A stretch of DNA of 64,000 nt from Vulgatibacter incomptus (GTDB lineage Bacteria > Myxococcota > Myxococcia > Myxococcales > Vulgatibacteraceae), in the NCBI GenBank assembly GCA_040391605.1, contig JBEBXK010000008.1:46635-110634 (forward strand). Direction: 5' to 3'. Under the pieces are notes generated by a model that had not been told where the DNA came from, made no database searches, and saw only the letters and a program-made list of their open reading frames with translations. Positions 51,931 to 60,679 of this stretch are shown piece by piece. The position numbers and the translations under genes were made by a program. How positions within the stretch are numbered: the first letter of the stretch is position 1; every line of letters starts with the position of its first letter.

Positions 51931-53072
51931 TTCGGTGGGGCCTCGGGGCCGTAGGAGAGGAAATCCACCTGGAGGGGGCCGTTGAAGAGGCGGTGACGAC
52001 GTCGTGCCTTGCGGCCGAAGGCGCGCTCGAAGTAGGGCGAGCCCGAGAGGACGACGAGGCGATGCTCGGCCTCGAAGGGTTCATAGGCCTCGCCGAAGCC
52101 GCGGTAGAGGCCCTCGAGTTGGAGGCGCTTGCCGCCCAGCCTCTCGCCATAGGGCGGGTTCACGAAGATCTGGCAGCCCTGCGGCAGCGGCGCCAGCTCT
52201 CGGACGTCCTGCTGTTCCAACTCGATCGACGCGGCGACTCCGGCGCGATGGATGTTGCGCTCGGAGATCTCCAGGGGATCGGCGAAGCGATCGCGGGCGA
52301 TGATCGGCGCGGGCGCCTCCGCCAGGGCCACGTCCTTGGCCTCCTCCTGCAGGGCGCGGAAGGTCTTGGCCTCCTCGGAGCCGAAGCTCGGCCAGCGCAT
52401 GAAGCCGAAGTGCCGCCCTCGCCCGGGCGCGATGTTGCGAGCCAGCAGGGCCGCCTCGATGGCCAGGGTGCCGGAGCCACACATGGGATCGACGAAGGGG
52501 AGCGCGGGATCGAAGCGGCCCAGCGCGAGCATGGCGGCGGCGAGGGTCTCGCGCAGGGGGGCCTCCGGCGCCTCCACCCGCCAGCCGCGCAGATGGAGCG
52601 GATCGCCGGCGAGATCGAGGGAGACCTGGGCGACGTCCCTGGAGAGGTGGATCACGATCGAGACGTCGGGGCGGTGGGGATCGATGTCCGGCCTGTCACC
52701 GAGCTTTTCGCGGAGGCGGTCGACCACGGCGTCCTTGGCCTTGAGGGCCACGAAGTGCGAGTGGGTCAGCTCCGAGTCCCGCACCGTGGCGCGGATGGCG
52801 AAGGTGCGTCGCAGGGAGAGGTGATCCTCCCAGGGAAACGAGCGGATCGCATCGTAGAAGCCCTCGGTGCCCTTCGCCTCCCGCTCGCCGAGGGAGAGCA
52901 GGATCCGCATGGCGATCCGAGACCAGAGACAGGCCCGCATCCCGTCGACCAGGGGCCCTTCGAAGTGGACGCCGCCGCGATCGGCGCGGATCCTCCGGAG
53001 GCGCAGCGCGCGGAGCTCGTCACGGAGGGCGCCTTCGGTGCCCTTGGCCGCGGTGGCAAAGAATCGATACAT
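51927..53072 (-). CDS. THUMP-domain class I SAM RNA methyltransferase (RlmL-like), second paralog
   Basis: FFATAAKGTE, LWSRIAMRILL, LHLRGWR, APLRETLAA, DPMCGSGTLAIEAA and NPPYGERL. Confidence 0.92.
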   Translation of the reverse strand: MYRFFATAAKGTEGALRDELRALRLRRIRADRGGVHFEGPLVDGMRACLWSRIAMRILLSLGEREAKGTEGFYDAIRSFPWEDHLSLRRTFAIRATVRDSELTHSHFVALKAKDAVVDRLREKLGDRPDIDPHRPDVSIVIHLSRDVAQVSLDLAGDPLHLRGWRVEAPEAPLRETLAAAMLALGRFDPALPFVDPMCGSGTLAIEAALLARNIAPGRGRHFGFMRWPSFGSEEAKTFRALQEEAKDVALAEAPAPIIARDRFADPLEISERNIHRAGVAASIELEQQDVRELAPLPQGCQIFVNPPYGERLGGKRLQLEGLYRGFGEAYEPFEAEHRLVVLSGSPYFERAFGRKARRRHRLFNGPLQVDFLSYGPEAPPK

Positions 53073-53116
53073 GGCGCGCATCTTGCCCGATCCGGGGGCT
53101 CCGCGGTGCAGCGATT

Positions 53117-53200
53117 GGGAGAACTCCCCTCGCGTTCCCCGTGGAGGCGCTACGGCTCTTTCTGGCGTTCGCTCGCCTCCTGCTCGCAGAGCCGCGATTC
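53117..53200 (+). repeat. 3' half of MITE/REP-like family 1
   Basis: GCGCTACGGCTCTTTCTGGCGTTCGCTCGCCTCCTGCTCGCAGAG matches the internal consensus. Confidence 0.5.
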
Positions 53201-53342
53201 GAGCGACGCCCGGGGCCGTCCGCCGTCGTCCTTACCGGGAGGGCCTGGCGCCAGCGGGGATCGAAGGAAGCGCTTGCTCGCGGTGAGGCGCGGCCCTATG
53301 CCTTGGGCTGCCCACCTTGTCCGGGCGCATCCGGAGGATCTC

Positions 53343-53774
53343 GTGATCGATCACATCCTGGTTGGAATCGACGGCTCGGAGGGGTCGCGGCGGGCGTCGC
53401 GCTTCGCCAGGGAGCTGGCGGAGAAGCTCGGCTCGAAGCTCACGATGCTCCTGGTGCTGGAGCCGATCCCCATGGTGAGCGTGGGCTTCGCGGACGTCTA
53501 CGGATTGGCCCGCCGGCAGCCGAGCGACGAGGAGCTGCAGCATCTTCAGCGGGCGCTGGACGAAGCGGCGGATGGCTTCCCTGCCGATCGTCTGGAGAAG
53601 GTGATCGAATATGGCACGGCTGCCGATACGATCTGCGAGCAGGCCGAGGCCCGGGGCGCCGACCTGATCGTCGTCGGCGCCAGGGGCATGGGCGCGGTGG
53701 GGCGCTTCCTCGTCGGCTCCGTCAGCGATCGGGTCGTCCATCTCGCCAAGCGCAACGTCACCGTCGTCCACTGA
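53343..53774 (+). CDS. Universal stress protein (UspA family)
   Basis: HILVGIDGS, GTAADTIC and DLIVVGARGMGAVGRFLVGSVSDRVV. SD GGAGGA before GTG. Confidence 0.93.
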   Translation: MIDHILVGIDGSEGSRRASRFARELAEKLGSKLTMLLVLEPIPMVSVGFADVYGLARRQPSDEELQHLQRALDEAADGFPADRLEKVIEYGTAADTICEQAEARGADLIVVGARGMGAVGRFLVGSVSDRVVHLAKRNVTVVH

Positions 53775-53793
53775 TTCATGGCGGAGGGGGCAG

Positions 53794-53975
53794 CTAGGAG
53801 GCCGTACCGCATAGCCTGCCTACTGCGGCGAACGATCTGGGGCTACGGACTGCGTGCTCACTCTTCGCTCCTGCGACGTGGCTAGGGCCACGCCTCGTCG
53901 CTCATCGTTGCGCGCGCCGCCCTCGCTTCCCGCCTCGCTCGCCTCGCTACGGCGCTATGCAGTGCGGCCTCCTAG
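53794..53975. mobile_element. 182-bp MITE-like element with 22-bp terminal inverted repeats including CTAG ends
   Basis: Left CTAGGAGGCCGTACCGCATAGC vs reverse complement of right CTAGGAGGCCGCACTGCATAGC (20/22 identical). No coding capacity. Confidence 0.65.
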
Positions 53976-53996
53976 AGGGGGGCTGGGCGGGGGGGC

Positions 53997-54026
53997 TTGA
54001 CTGACTGAACGAATGTTCTCATAGAT
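53997..54026 (+). promoter_or_regulatory. Sigma70-type promoter with overlapping LexA (SOS) box for imuA-imuB
   Basis: -35 TTGACT, then CTGAACGAATGTTC (GAAC-N4-GTTC). Reverse complement matches 14/17 of the Myxococcus LexA consensus CTRHAMRYBYGTTCAGS (recalled). Near-identical to the element at 57441. Confidence 0.75.
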
Positions 54027-54050
54027 CGCGGTGGAGGTTGAACTTCTACC

Positions 54051-55034
54051 GTGGCCCATCCCGCTCCCGATCTCGCTCGACTGCTCGATGACCTGCGCCG
54101 CACCCGCGCGCTGGTGACACCCCAGGAGCTCGCCCACCGCCTGCCTCCGATGGCGCCCACGGGGCTGCCGCCGCTGGATCGGCTGCTGGGCGGGGGGCTC
54201 CCGGAGGGGCGAGTGGTGGAGCTCGGGGAAGGGAAGGGGGCCTTCGCCTCCGCCGTGGCGTTGCAGATCCTGGCGCGGTTCACCTCGGAGGGGAGGCCGG
54301 CGGCCCTGGTGGATCGGGCGGACGCCTTCGATCCCCGCTGCGCCGCGGAGGCCGGCGTCGATCTCGAGCGGACGCTCTGGTGCAGGCCGTCGTCTTCGAG
54401 GGAGGCGATCCGGGCGGCGGATGCGCTCCTGGCCTCCGGCGCCTTCTCCCTGGTGATCCTCGACCTGGCGCGATGGCCTGCGCGATGGCCTGCCGGCGGG
54501 CCCCGGATGCCGAGCGGGCGCAGGCGGGAGCCGCCGATCTCCCAGGGGGCCTGGCTGCGCCTGGCGCGGGATGCGGAGGCGGCCCGGGCCAGCCTCCTCG
54601 TGGTGGGGGACGCGGTGGCGGCCGGGGTGTCGGCGGCCTCGCTCCGGCTCCTGCGCAGCAGGGCCTGCTTTCTGGGGCAGGGCCCGGGGCGCACCTTCGA
54701 GGGCCTCGAGATCACCGTCGGCCTGGAGCGCAACCGGCTGGGGCTGCCGCCGGGGGAGGCGGTCCTGGCCCTGCGCTCGCCCTCGCATTTTCCCTGGGCG
54801 GTCCGGGAGCCGGGGCCGGGCCAGGCACGCTCGGATGCGTGGGCTCCGTCACCGGAGGCGTGGCGCTGGTCTCTGCAGATGGATGCTTCGCAGATAGACG
54901 CCCCATCGGCTCAGAGTGAGAGGTCCATCGGCGTCCCTCCGAGCGTGAGGCGGGTAGACGCTCCATCGCCTCGGGATGGAGCGCGCGATGGGCGCGTCGC
55001 CAGCGGCTCGAAAGGGAGGGCGTCGTGGGCCTGA
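54051..55034 (+). CDS. imuA: ImuA (RecA-like mutasome accessory protein)
   Basis: TGLPPLDRLLGGGLPEG, ALVDRADAFDP...AGVDL and SGAFSLVILD. RecA-like but without a Walker A motif; overlaps imuB. Confidence 0.85.
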   Translation: MAHPAPDLARLLDDLRRTRALVTPQELAHRLPPMAPTGLPPLDRLLGGGLPEGRVVELGEGKGAFASAVALQILARFTSEGRPAALVDRADAFDPRCAAEAGVDLERTLWCRPSSSREAIRAADALLASGAFSLVILDLARWPARWPAGGPRMPSGRRREPPISQGAWLRLARDAEAARASLLVVGDAVAAGVSAASLRLLRSRACFLGQGPGRTFEGLEITVGLERNRLGLPPGEAVLALRSPSHFPWAVREPGPGQARSDAWAPSPEAWRWSLQMDASQIDAPSAQSERSIGVPPSVRRVDAPSPRDGARDGRVASGSKGRASWA

Positions 55035-56533
55035 TCGGCTGTCTCTACGTACATGATCTGCCGCTGCAGGCGCTGCTGCGGGTGGAGCCGGGGCTGGCCG
55101 GCGCCGCGGTGGCGGTGGCGGTGGGCGAGGGAGCCCGGGCGCGGATCCTCTGCGTCTCGGTGCCGGCGTACACCCAGGGTGTCAAGCCCGGCATCTCCGT
55201 CGGCGACGCGCTCTCGCTGGCGCCCCAGCTCGTCTTGCGGTGGGTCCCGCCGGAGATGGTGGAGGCTGCCCGGGCCGCGGTGCTGGACGCCGCCGCGAGC
55301 GTCTCACCCAGAGTGGAGGAGCTGCGCCCCGGAGTGGCGTTGGTGGACGCGGCAGGTCTGCAGAAGCTCCATGGGAGCGAGCGGGGGGTGGCGTCGGCCC
55401 TGGTGGTGGCGGCGGAGCGGCTGGGCCTGGAGGGCCGGGCGGCGGTGGCGTCCGGCAAGAAGCTCGCGACCATCGCCGCCATGCGAGGGAGCGGGATCGA
55501 GGTGATCGCCAGGGGGAGGGAGCGGGCGTTCCTGGCGCCGCTGCCCCTGGCGGCGCTGGGCGCGAGCCCCAAGCTGGCGGAGACCCTGGGCCGCTGGGGG
55601 ATCGGCGCCGCCGGTGAGCTGGCGGGCCTGCCCGCGGATGGAATCGGCGCCCGCCTGGGCGAGGAGGGCGTGAGGCTCCACCGCCTCGCCTGCGGTGTGG
55701 ACGAGGAGCCGCTGGCGCCGCGACATCCGCCGGAGATCTTCGAGGAGGGAGCGGACTTCGACTACGAGCTCAGCGCCATCGAGGGGCTGATCTTCGTGCT
55801 GCGGCCGGCGCTGGAGCGCCTCGTCGATCGCCTCGACTGCCACTCGATGGCCTGCGGCGGGATCACCCTGCGCCTGCTGCTCGATCCCGCCGGGGAGGCG
55901 ATCCTCCCGGTGGAGCTGGCGGCTCCCACCCGCGAGGTCTCCGCGCTGATCTCGCTCTGCCGCTCGGTGATCGAGCGGCGCCCGCCAGGGGCTGCGGTGA
56001 GGGGGCTGCGGGTGGCGGCCACGCCGGCTGCGGCGCGGCACGAGCAGCTCCGCCTCTTCGGCAGGCCGACCGTGGCGCCGGAGAAGCTCGCCACCGCCCT
56101 GGCCAAGGTGGCCGCCATCGTCGGCGACGATCGAATGGGGCGTCCGATCCTCTCGGACTCGCATCTCGCCGACTCCCATGCGATGGGCCGCTACGACCCG
56201 CCTCCACCGCCGGACGAGCTCCGCGCTGCCGTGCGCGAGGGCGAAGCCCGGTACGAGACTCACGACCCTGGGGGGCTGGCGGCGCTGCGCCTCTTCCGCC
56301 CGCCCCTCGAGGCCGAGGTGAAGGAGGGCAGCGAGGGGCCTCGGATGCTGCGGGCGGGGGCGATCGCCGGATGGGTCGTCTCCTGCGCCGGCCCCTGGCG
56401 CCTGGACGTGGGCTGGCATGAGAAGGCCGTATGCCGGGACGCCTTCGACGTCGAGCTCTCCGATGGCGCCGTCTACCGGCTGGCGCAAGACTCATCCACC
56501 GGCGCCTGGACCCTCCTCGGCCGGTACGACTGA
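55025..56533 (+). CDS. imuB: ImuB (inactive Y-family polymerase scaffold)
   Basis: Y-family N-terminus lacking catalytic acidic residues (CLYVHDLPLQAL), APLPLAAL, LGRWGI..AGELA and C-terminal GPWR...RDAFDVELSDG. Confidence 0.88.
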   Translation: MGLIGCLYVHDLPLQALLRVEPGLAGAAVAVAVGEGARARILCVSVPAYTQGVKPGISVGDALSLAPQLVLRWVPPEMVEAARAAVLDAAASVSPRVEELRPGVALVDAAGLQKLHGSERGVASALVVAAERLGLEGRAAVASGKKLATIAAMRGSGIEVIARGRERAFLAPLPLAALGASPKLAETLGRWGIGAAGELAGLPADGIGARLGEEGVRLHRLACGVDEEPLAPRHPPEIFEEGADFDYELSAIEGLIFVLRPALERLVDRLDCHSMACGGITLRLLLDPAGEAILPVELAAPTREVSALISLCRSVIERRPPGAAVRGLRVAATPAAARHEQLRLFGRPTVAPEKLATALAKVAAIVGDDRMGRPILSDSHLADSHAMGRYDPPPPPDELRAAVREGEARYETHDPGGLAALRLFRPPLEAEVKEGSEGPRMLRAGAIAGWVVSCAGPWRLDVGWHEKAVCRDAFDVELSDGAVYRLAQDSSTGAWTLLGRYD

Positions 56534-56777
56534 AAGAGCCGGTGGCCTGGCCCCGTCGAGCGTGCAGTCCAGGCCGGCCGTTCCGAGTCGTGAAGAACGG
56601 CACCGGCAGGCTGTCCTCCGACGCGGTGATGGAGCGGACCACATCCGGGGCGCGGCGGCCACGCTTCGAGAGACGGTGCAGCGGCGATGTCGGACCTCCG
56701 TGCGAGGATGGATCGGTCAAGGTACTCAGAGGGGTCAGGCCATGCATTCGGAAGCGATCGGTAGTATTCAGGAGGGG

Positions 56778-57338
56778 ATGTCACGAGAGGACGCATACGC
56801 TCGGCTGATGGAGCTGCCCGAGAACAAGGTCGGCGAGATCATCGCCGGCGAGCTGATCGTCTCGCCTCGGCCGGCTTCACCCCACACCGTCGCGGCGGGG
56901 ACGCTCGGGATGGATCTGGGCACGCCGTTTCAGCGAGGCCGGGGCGGCCCCGGAGGCTGGTGGATCCTCCCTGAGCCGGAGCTGCACCTGGGCGAGGACG
57001 TGCTGGTCCCCGATCTGGCGGGCTGGCGGGTGGAGCGGATGCCGACTGTTCCGAATGTGGCGGCGTTCACCTTGGCACCGGATTGGCTCTGCGAGGTGCT
57101 CTCGCCTTCTACCTCCTCGTTGGATCGGATTCGAAAGATGCCGATCTACGCTCGAGCCGGCGTGCGCGACGCCTGGCTCATCGATCCGTTGGCGCGCTTT
57201 CTCGAGAGCTACCAACTGCAGGACGGCAAGTGGCTTCGTCTTGGCGCCTGGAGCGAGGACGACCGCCCGCGTGTAGAGCCCTTCGCGGAGATCGAGCTCG
57301 AGCTGCAGGCGCTTTGGCTGCCACGCACCGAGCGATAG
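56778..57338 (+). CDS. Uma2 (DUF820) family PD-(D/E)XK endonuclease-like protein
   Basis: EIIAGELIVSPRP, VLVPDLAGW, PDWLCEVLSPST, DRIRKMPIYARAGV and WLIDP. Alternative start ATG 56742. Confidence 0.92.
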   Translation: MSREDAYARLMELPENKVGEIIAGELIVSPRPASPHTVAAGTLGMDLGTPFQRGRGGPGGWWILPEPELHLGEDVLVPDLAGWRVERMPTVPNVAAFTLAPDWLCEVLSPSTSSLDRIRKMPIYARAGVRDAWLIDPLARFLESYQLQDGKWLRLGAWSEDDRPRVEPFAEIELELQALWLPRTER

Positions 57339-57440
57339 CGCCTCCCTTTCAATCTCTGAAACGATCGCGTCAGGTCGACGCGATGGCGGCGCTGCCGGAC
57401 AGGCAAAAGCCGTACGCTCGGGAGGGGCGGGGCCGATGCC

Positions 57441-57470
57441 TTGACGGACTGAACGGATGTCTCTATGAAT
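57441..57470 (+). promoter_or_regulatory. Second SOS promoter (LexA box between -35 and -10) dedicated to dnaE2
   Basis: TTGACG-17 bp-TATGAA(T) containing CTGAACGGATGT. First 20 nt are 18/20 identical to the imuA promoter. Confidence 0.75.
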
Positions 57471-57497
57471 CGGGGCGAGTCCACTGCTCCTCCGAAG

Positions 57498-60400
57498 ATG
57501 CTTCCTGCCCGCCAACGCTCGACGAAGAGGCCGACCCGCTACGTGGAGCTGCGGGCGCGCAGCGCGTTCTCCTTCCTGCGGGGGGCGTCGCAGCCGGAGG
57601 ATCTGGCGGCCCGGGCGGCGTCGCTCGGCTATGGGGCGATGGCGTGTGGCGACCACGGCGGCCTCTATGGTTCGCCTCGATTCCATGCGGCGGCGAAGGA
57701 GGCTGGGCTGCGGGCGATCGTGGCTGCGGATGTGGACGTGGCGGAGGTGGGGAGCCTGCGCCTGCTGGTGGAGGACGAGGGGGGCTATCGCAACCTCTGC
57801 CGGCTGCTGACGCGCTCGCATGCCACGCGGGTGAAGGGGACGCACGTCGTCTCGCTCGAGGACGTGGCGGCGCATGGCCAGGGACTGGTGGCGCTGCTGG
57901 GCGCCTGCCGCGACGCGAAGGCGGCGCAAGACGTGGTGCGCAAGCTGGGCACGGAGCGGGTGGCGGCGGAGGTGCAGCGGCATCTGGATCCGGCGGACGA
58001 GCGCCGGAACCGCGCGATGGTGGAGTTGGCCCGACGCCATGGGCTTCCCCTGGTGGCCACCGGCGACGTGCGACATGCGACGCCGCGGGAGCGGCGGGTG
58101 CTGGACGTGCTCGCCTGTATCCGCGAAGGCGTCCCCCTGGACGCGGCGGGGACCCTGCTGGCGCGCAACGCGGATCGGCACATCCATCCCCCCGAGGAGA
58201 TGGAGCGCCGCTTCGCGGATCTGCCTCGGGCCATCGACGGCACGGTCGAGCTCGCGGCGCGCTGCGCCTTCACCCTGGACTCGCTGCCCTACCGCTTCCC
58301 GGACTTTCCGGTGGAGCCGGGAGACAGCCAGCAGGCCCTCCTCACGAGGCTCACCTTCGAGGGGGCGCGGCGCCGCTACGGGGCGAGGCTGGAGGGGAAG
58401 GCGCGGGCGCAGATCGAGCACGAGCTGGCGTTGATCGGCAAGCTCCAACTCGCGGGCTACTTCCTCATCGTCTGGGATCTGGTGCGCTTCTGCAGGGAGA
58501 ACGACATCCTCACCCAGGGCCGGGGCTCGGCCGCCAACTCCGCGGTCTGTTACGCGCTGGGGATCACCGCCGTCGATTCGGTGGGGATGGAGCTGCTCTT
58601 CGAGCGCTTCCTCTCGGAGGAGGGGGGCGAGTGGCCGGACATCGATCTCGATCTCCCTTCGGGCGACAAGCGGGAGCGGGTGATCCAATACGTGTATCAG
58701 CGCTACGGTCGCAGCGGCGCCGCCATGTGCGCGGAGGTGATCACGTACCGGGGGCGCTCGGCGGTGCGGGAGGTGGGCAAGGTGCTGGGGCTCGCGCCGG
58801 ACGCGATCGATCGCATGGCCCGACACGTCACGCGCTTCGAGTACGTGGACTCCACCGAGGATCCGGCGGAGCGGATCGAGCAGGCGGGGCTGCGCCCGGA
58901 CGACGAGAGGCTGCGCCTGCTGGTGGAGCTCTGCGGCGAGCTGCGCTCCTTGCCCCGACACCTCTCGCAGCACTCGGGGGGGATGATCATCGCCAAGGGG
59001 AGGCTGGACGAGATCGTGCCGCTGGAGCCGGCGGCGATGCCGGATCGCACCGTCCTTCAATGGGACAAGGACGACGTCGAGCAGATGCAGCTGATCAAGA
59101 TCGATCTCCTCGGCCTGGGGATGATGGCGGCCCTGGAGGACTCGGTGGCGATCCTCGCCGAGCGCGGCACGCCCATCGATCTCTCGCAGCTCCGAGCCGA
59201 CGATCCGAAGGTCTACGACGCGGCCTGCGCCGCCGACACGGTGGGGGTCTTCCAGATCGAGAGCCGCGCCCAGATGGCGACCCTGCCGCGGATGCGACCG
59301 CGTCATTTCTACGATCTGGTGGTGGAGGTGGGGCTGATCCGGCCGGGGCCGATCGTGGGGAAGATGGTGAACCCCTACCTCGCCAGGCGGGCAGGGCGGC
59401 AGGAGGTGAGCTACCCGCATCCATCCCTGGAGCCGGTGCTGAAGCGGACCCTGGGGATCCCGCTCTTCCAGGAGCAGCTCATGCGGGTCGCCATGATAGC
59501 ATCAGGATTCACCGGAAGTGAGGCGCAGGAGCTGCGCAAGGCGATGAGCCACAAGCGCTCCCGCGAGCGGATGCAGCGCTTCGAGGAGAGGCTCCGCGTC
59601 GGCATGGATCGAAGGGGCTTCTCACCCCAGGCCCGGGACGAGGTGCTCCTGGGGATCAAGTCGTTCGCCGAATACGGATTCCCCGAGAGCCACGCGGCGA
59701 GCTTCGCCCTGCTCGTATATGCGAGCCTGTGGATCAAGGTGCATCATCCGGCGGTCTTCCTCGCCGCGCTGCTCAACAACCAGCCGATGGGTTTCTACGC
59801 GCCGGCGACCCTGGTGAAGGACGCGCAACGCCACGGCGTCCACGTGCGCACGCCCTGTGTGATCCACTCGGAGGCCCGGGCCCGGGTGATGGGCGATCGT
59901 GAGGTGCGCCTGGGCTTGCGTGGTGTGGTGGGGATGAGCGCCGCCGCCGCGGAGCGGATCGTCGAGGCGCGGCGGCTGCGCCCCTTTTGCGACGTGGGCG
60001 ACGTCTGCCTGCGCGCGAGCCTCGACCCGCGGCGGGCGGAGCTCCTGGCGGAGGCCGGGGCCTTCGCCGCTTTGGGCGTGAGCAGGCGCCAGGCCCTCTG
60101 GGAGGTCCGCGCCGCCCTCACCGCCGGCGGGCCCCTGGCGCCGCCACCGCGGGGGCAGGCGTCGCCGCTCCCCGAGCTCAGCGCGCTGCAGCGCACCCTG
60201 GCGGACTACGCCTCCACCGGCCTCACCGTGGGGCCCCATCTGGTCGCGGCGCTGCGGGCGGAGCTGGACGAGCTGGGGGTCACGCCTTCGGGGGCGGTGA
60301 GCGCCGCGCGCAACGGGCGCTGGATCAAGATCGCCGGCCAAGTGATCGTCAGGCAGCGCCCCGGCACCGCCAAGGGGATGGTCTTCGTCACGGTGGAGGA

Positions 60401-60596
60401 TGAGACCGGCTTCGCCAACGCGGTGATCGATCCCGAGACCTTCCAGGCGCATCGCACCTTGTTGCTCACCAGCCCGCTCCTCCTGATCGAGGGGCCGCTC
60501 CAGAACGTCGACGGCGTCGCCACGGTGAAGGGCCGCGCGTTCCACGCGCTGGAGGGGCCGAGCGAGGAGCTGCCGCCCTCTCGCGACTTTCACTGA
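57498..60596 (+). CDS. dnaE2: Error-prone DNA polymerase DnaE2 (ImuC)
   Basis: YVELRARSAFSFLRGAS PHP domain, GRGSAANSAVCY, WPDIDLD, PRHLSQHSGG, YGFPESHAASF, OB fold and terminal SRDFH. ATG 57465 overlaps the -10 box, so 57498 is preferred. Confidence 0.97.
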   Translation: MLPARQRSTKRPTRYVELRARSAFSFLRGASQPEDLAARAASLGYGAMACGDHGGLYGSPRFHAAAKEAGLRAIVAADVDVAEVGSLRLLVEDEGGYRNLCRLLTRSHATRVKGTHVVSLEDVAAHGQGLVALLGACRDAKAAQDVVRKLGTERVAAEVQRHLDPADERRNRAMVELARRHGLPLVATGDVRHATPRERRVLDVLACIREGVPLDAAGTLLARNADRHIHPPEEMERRFADLPRAIDGTVELAARCAFTLDSLPYRFPDFPVEPGDSQQALLTRLTFEGARRRYGARLEGKARAQIEHELALIGKLQLAGYFLIVWDLVRFCRENDILTQGRGSAANSAVCYALGITAVDSVGMELLFERFLSEEGGEWPDIDLDLPSGDKRERVIQYVYQRYGRSGAAMCAEVITYRGRSAVREVGKVLGLAPDAIDRMARHVTRFEYVDSTEDPAERIEQAGLRPDDERLRLLVELCGELRSLPRHLSQHSGGMIIAKGRLDEIVPLEPAAMPDRTVLQWDKDDVEQMQLIKIDLLGLGMMAALEDSVAILAERGTPIDLSQLRADDPKVYDAACAADTVGVFQIESRAQMATLPRMRPRHFYDLVVEVGLIRPGPIVGKMVNPYLARRAGRQEVSYPHPSLEPVLKRTLGIPLFQEQLMRVAMIASGFTGSEAQELRKAMSHKRSRERMQRFEERLRVGMDRRGFSPQARDEVLLGIKSFAEYGFPESHAASFALLVYASLWIKVHHPAVFLAALLNNQPMGFYAPATLVKDAQRHGVHVRTPCVIHSEARARVMGDREVRLGLRGVVGMSAAAAERIVEARRLRPFCDVGDVCLRASLDPRRAELLAEAGAFAALGVSRRQALWEVRAALTAGGPLAPPPRGQASPLPELSALQRTLADYASTGLTVGPHLVAALRAELDELGVTPSGAVSAARNGRWIKIAGQVIVRQRPGTAKGMVFVTVEDETGFANAVIDPETFQAHRTLLLTSPLLLIEGPLQNVDGVATVKGRAFHALEGPSEELPPSRDFH

Positions 60597-60679
60597 AAGT
60601 TCGTGAAGAAACACGAACTCTGCGAGCCGAAGAGGAGCGAGCGCAGGGGAGGGCCCGGCGCGCATCGCGCGAGCGATCA
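60594..60679 (-). repeat. 3' half of MITE/REP-like family 1 between convergent stop codons
   Basis: TGA(stop of dnaE2)-AAGTTCGTGAAGAAACACGAACTC-TGCGAGCCGAAG...GGGCCCGGCGCGCATCGCGCG is the reverse of the 21250-21330 region. Confidence 0.65.

Noticed and set aside
54860-55010. Short imperfect repeats (AGACGCyCCATCG) in the imuA 3' end
   Set aside because: Only two short copies in a probably disordered tail; insufficient to call a repeat element.
278-60679. Dispersed repeats interpreted as a CRISPR array
   Set aside because: No regular repeat-spacer periodicity, copies are kilobases apart, and there are no cas genes.
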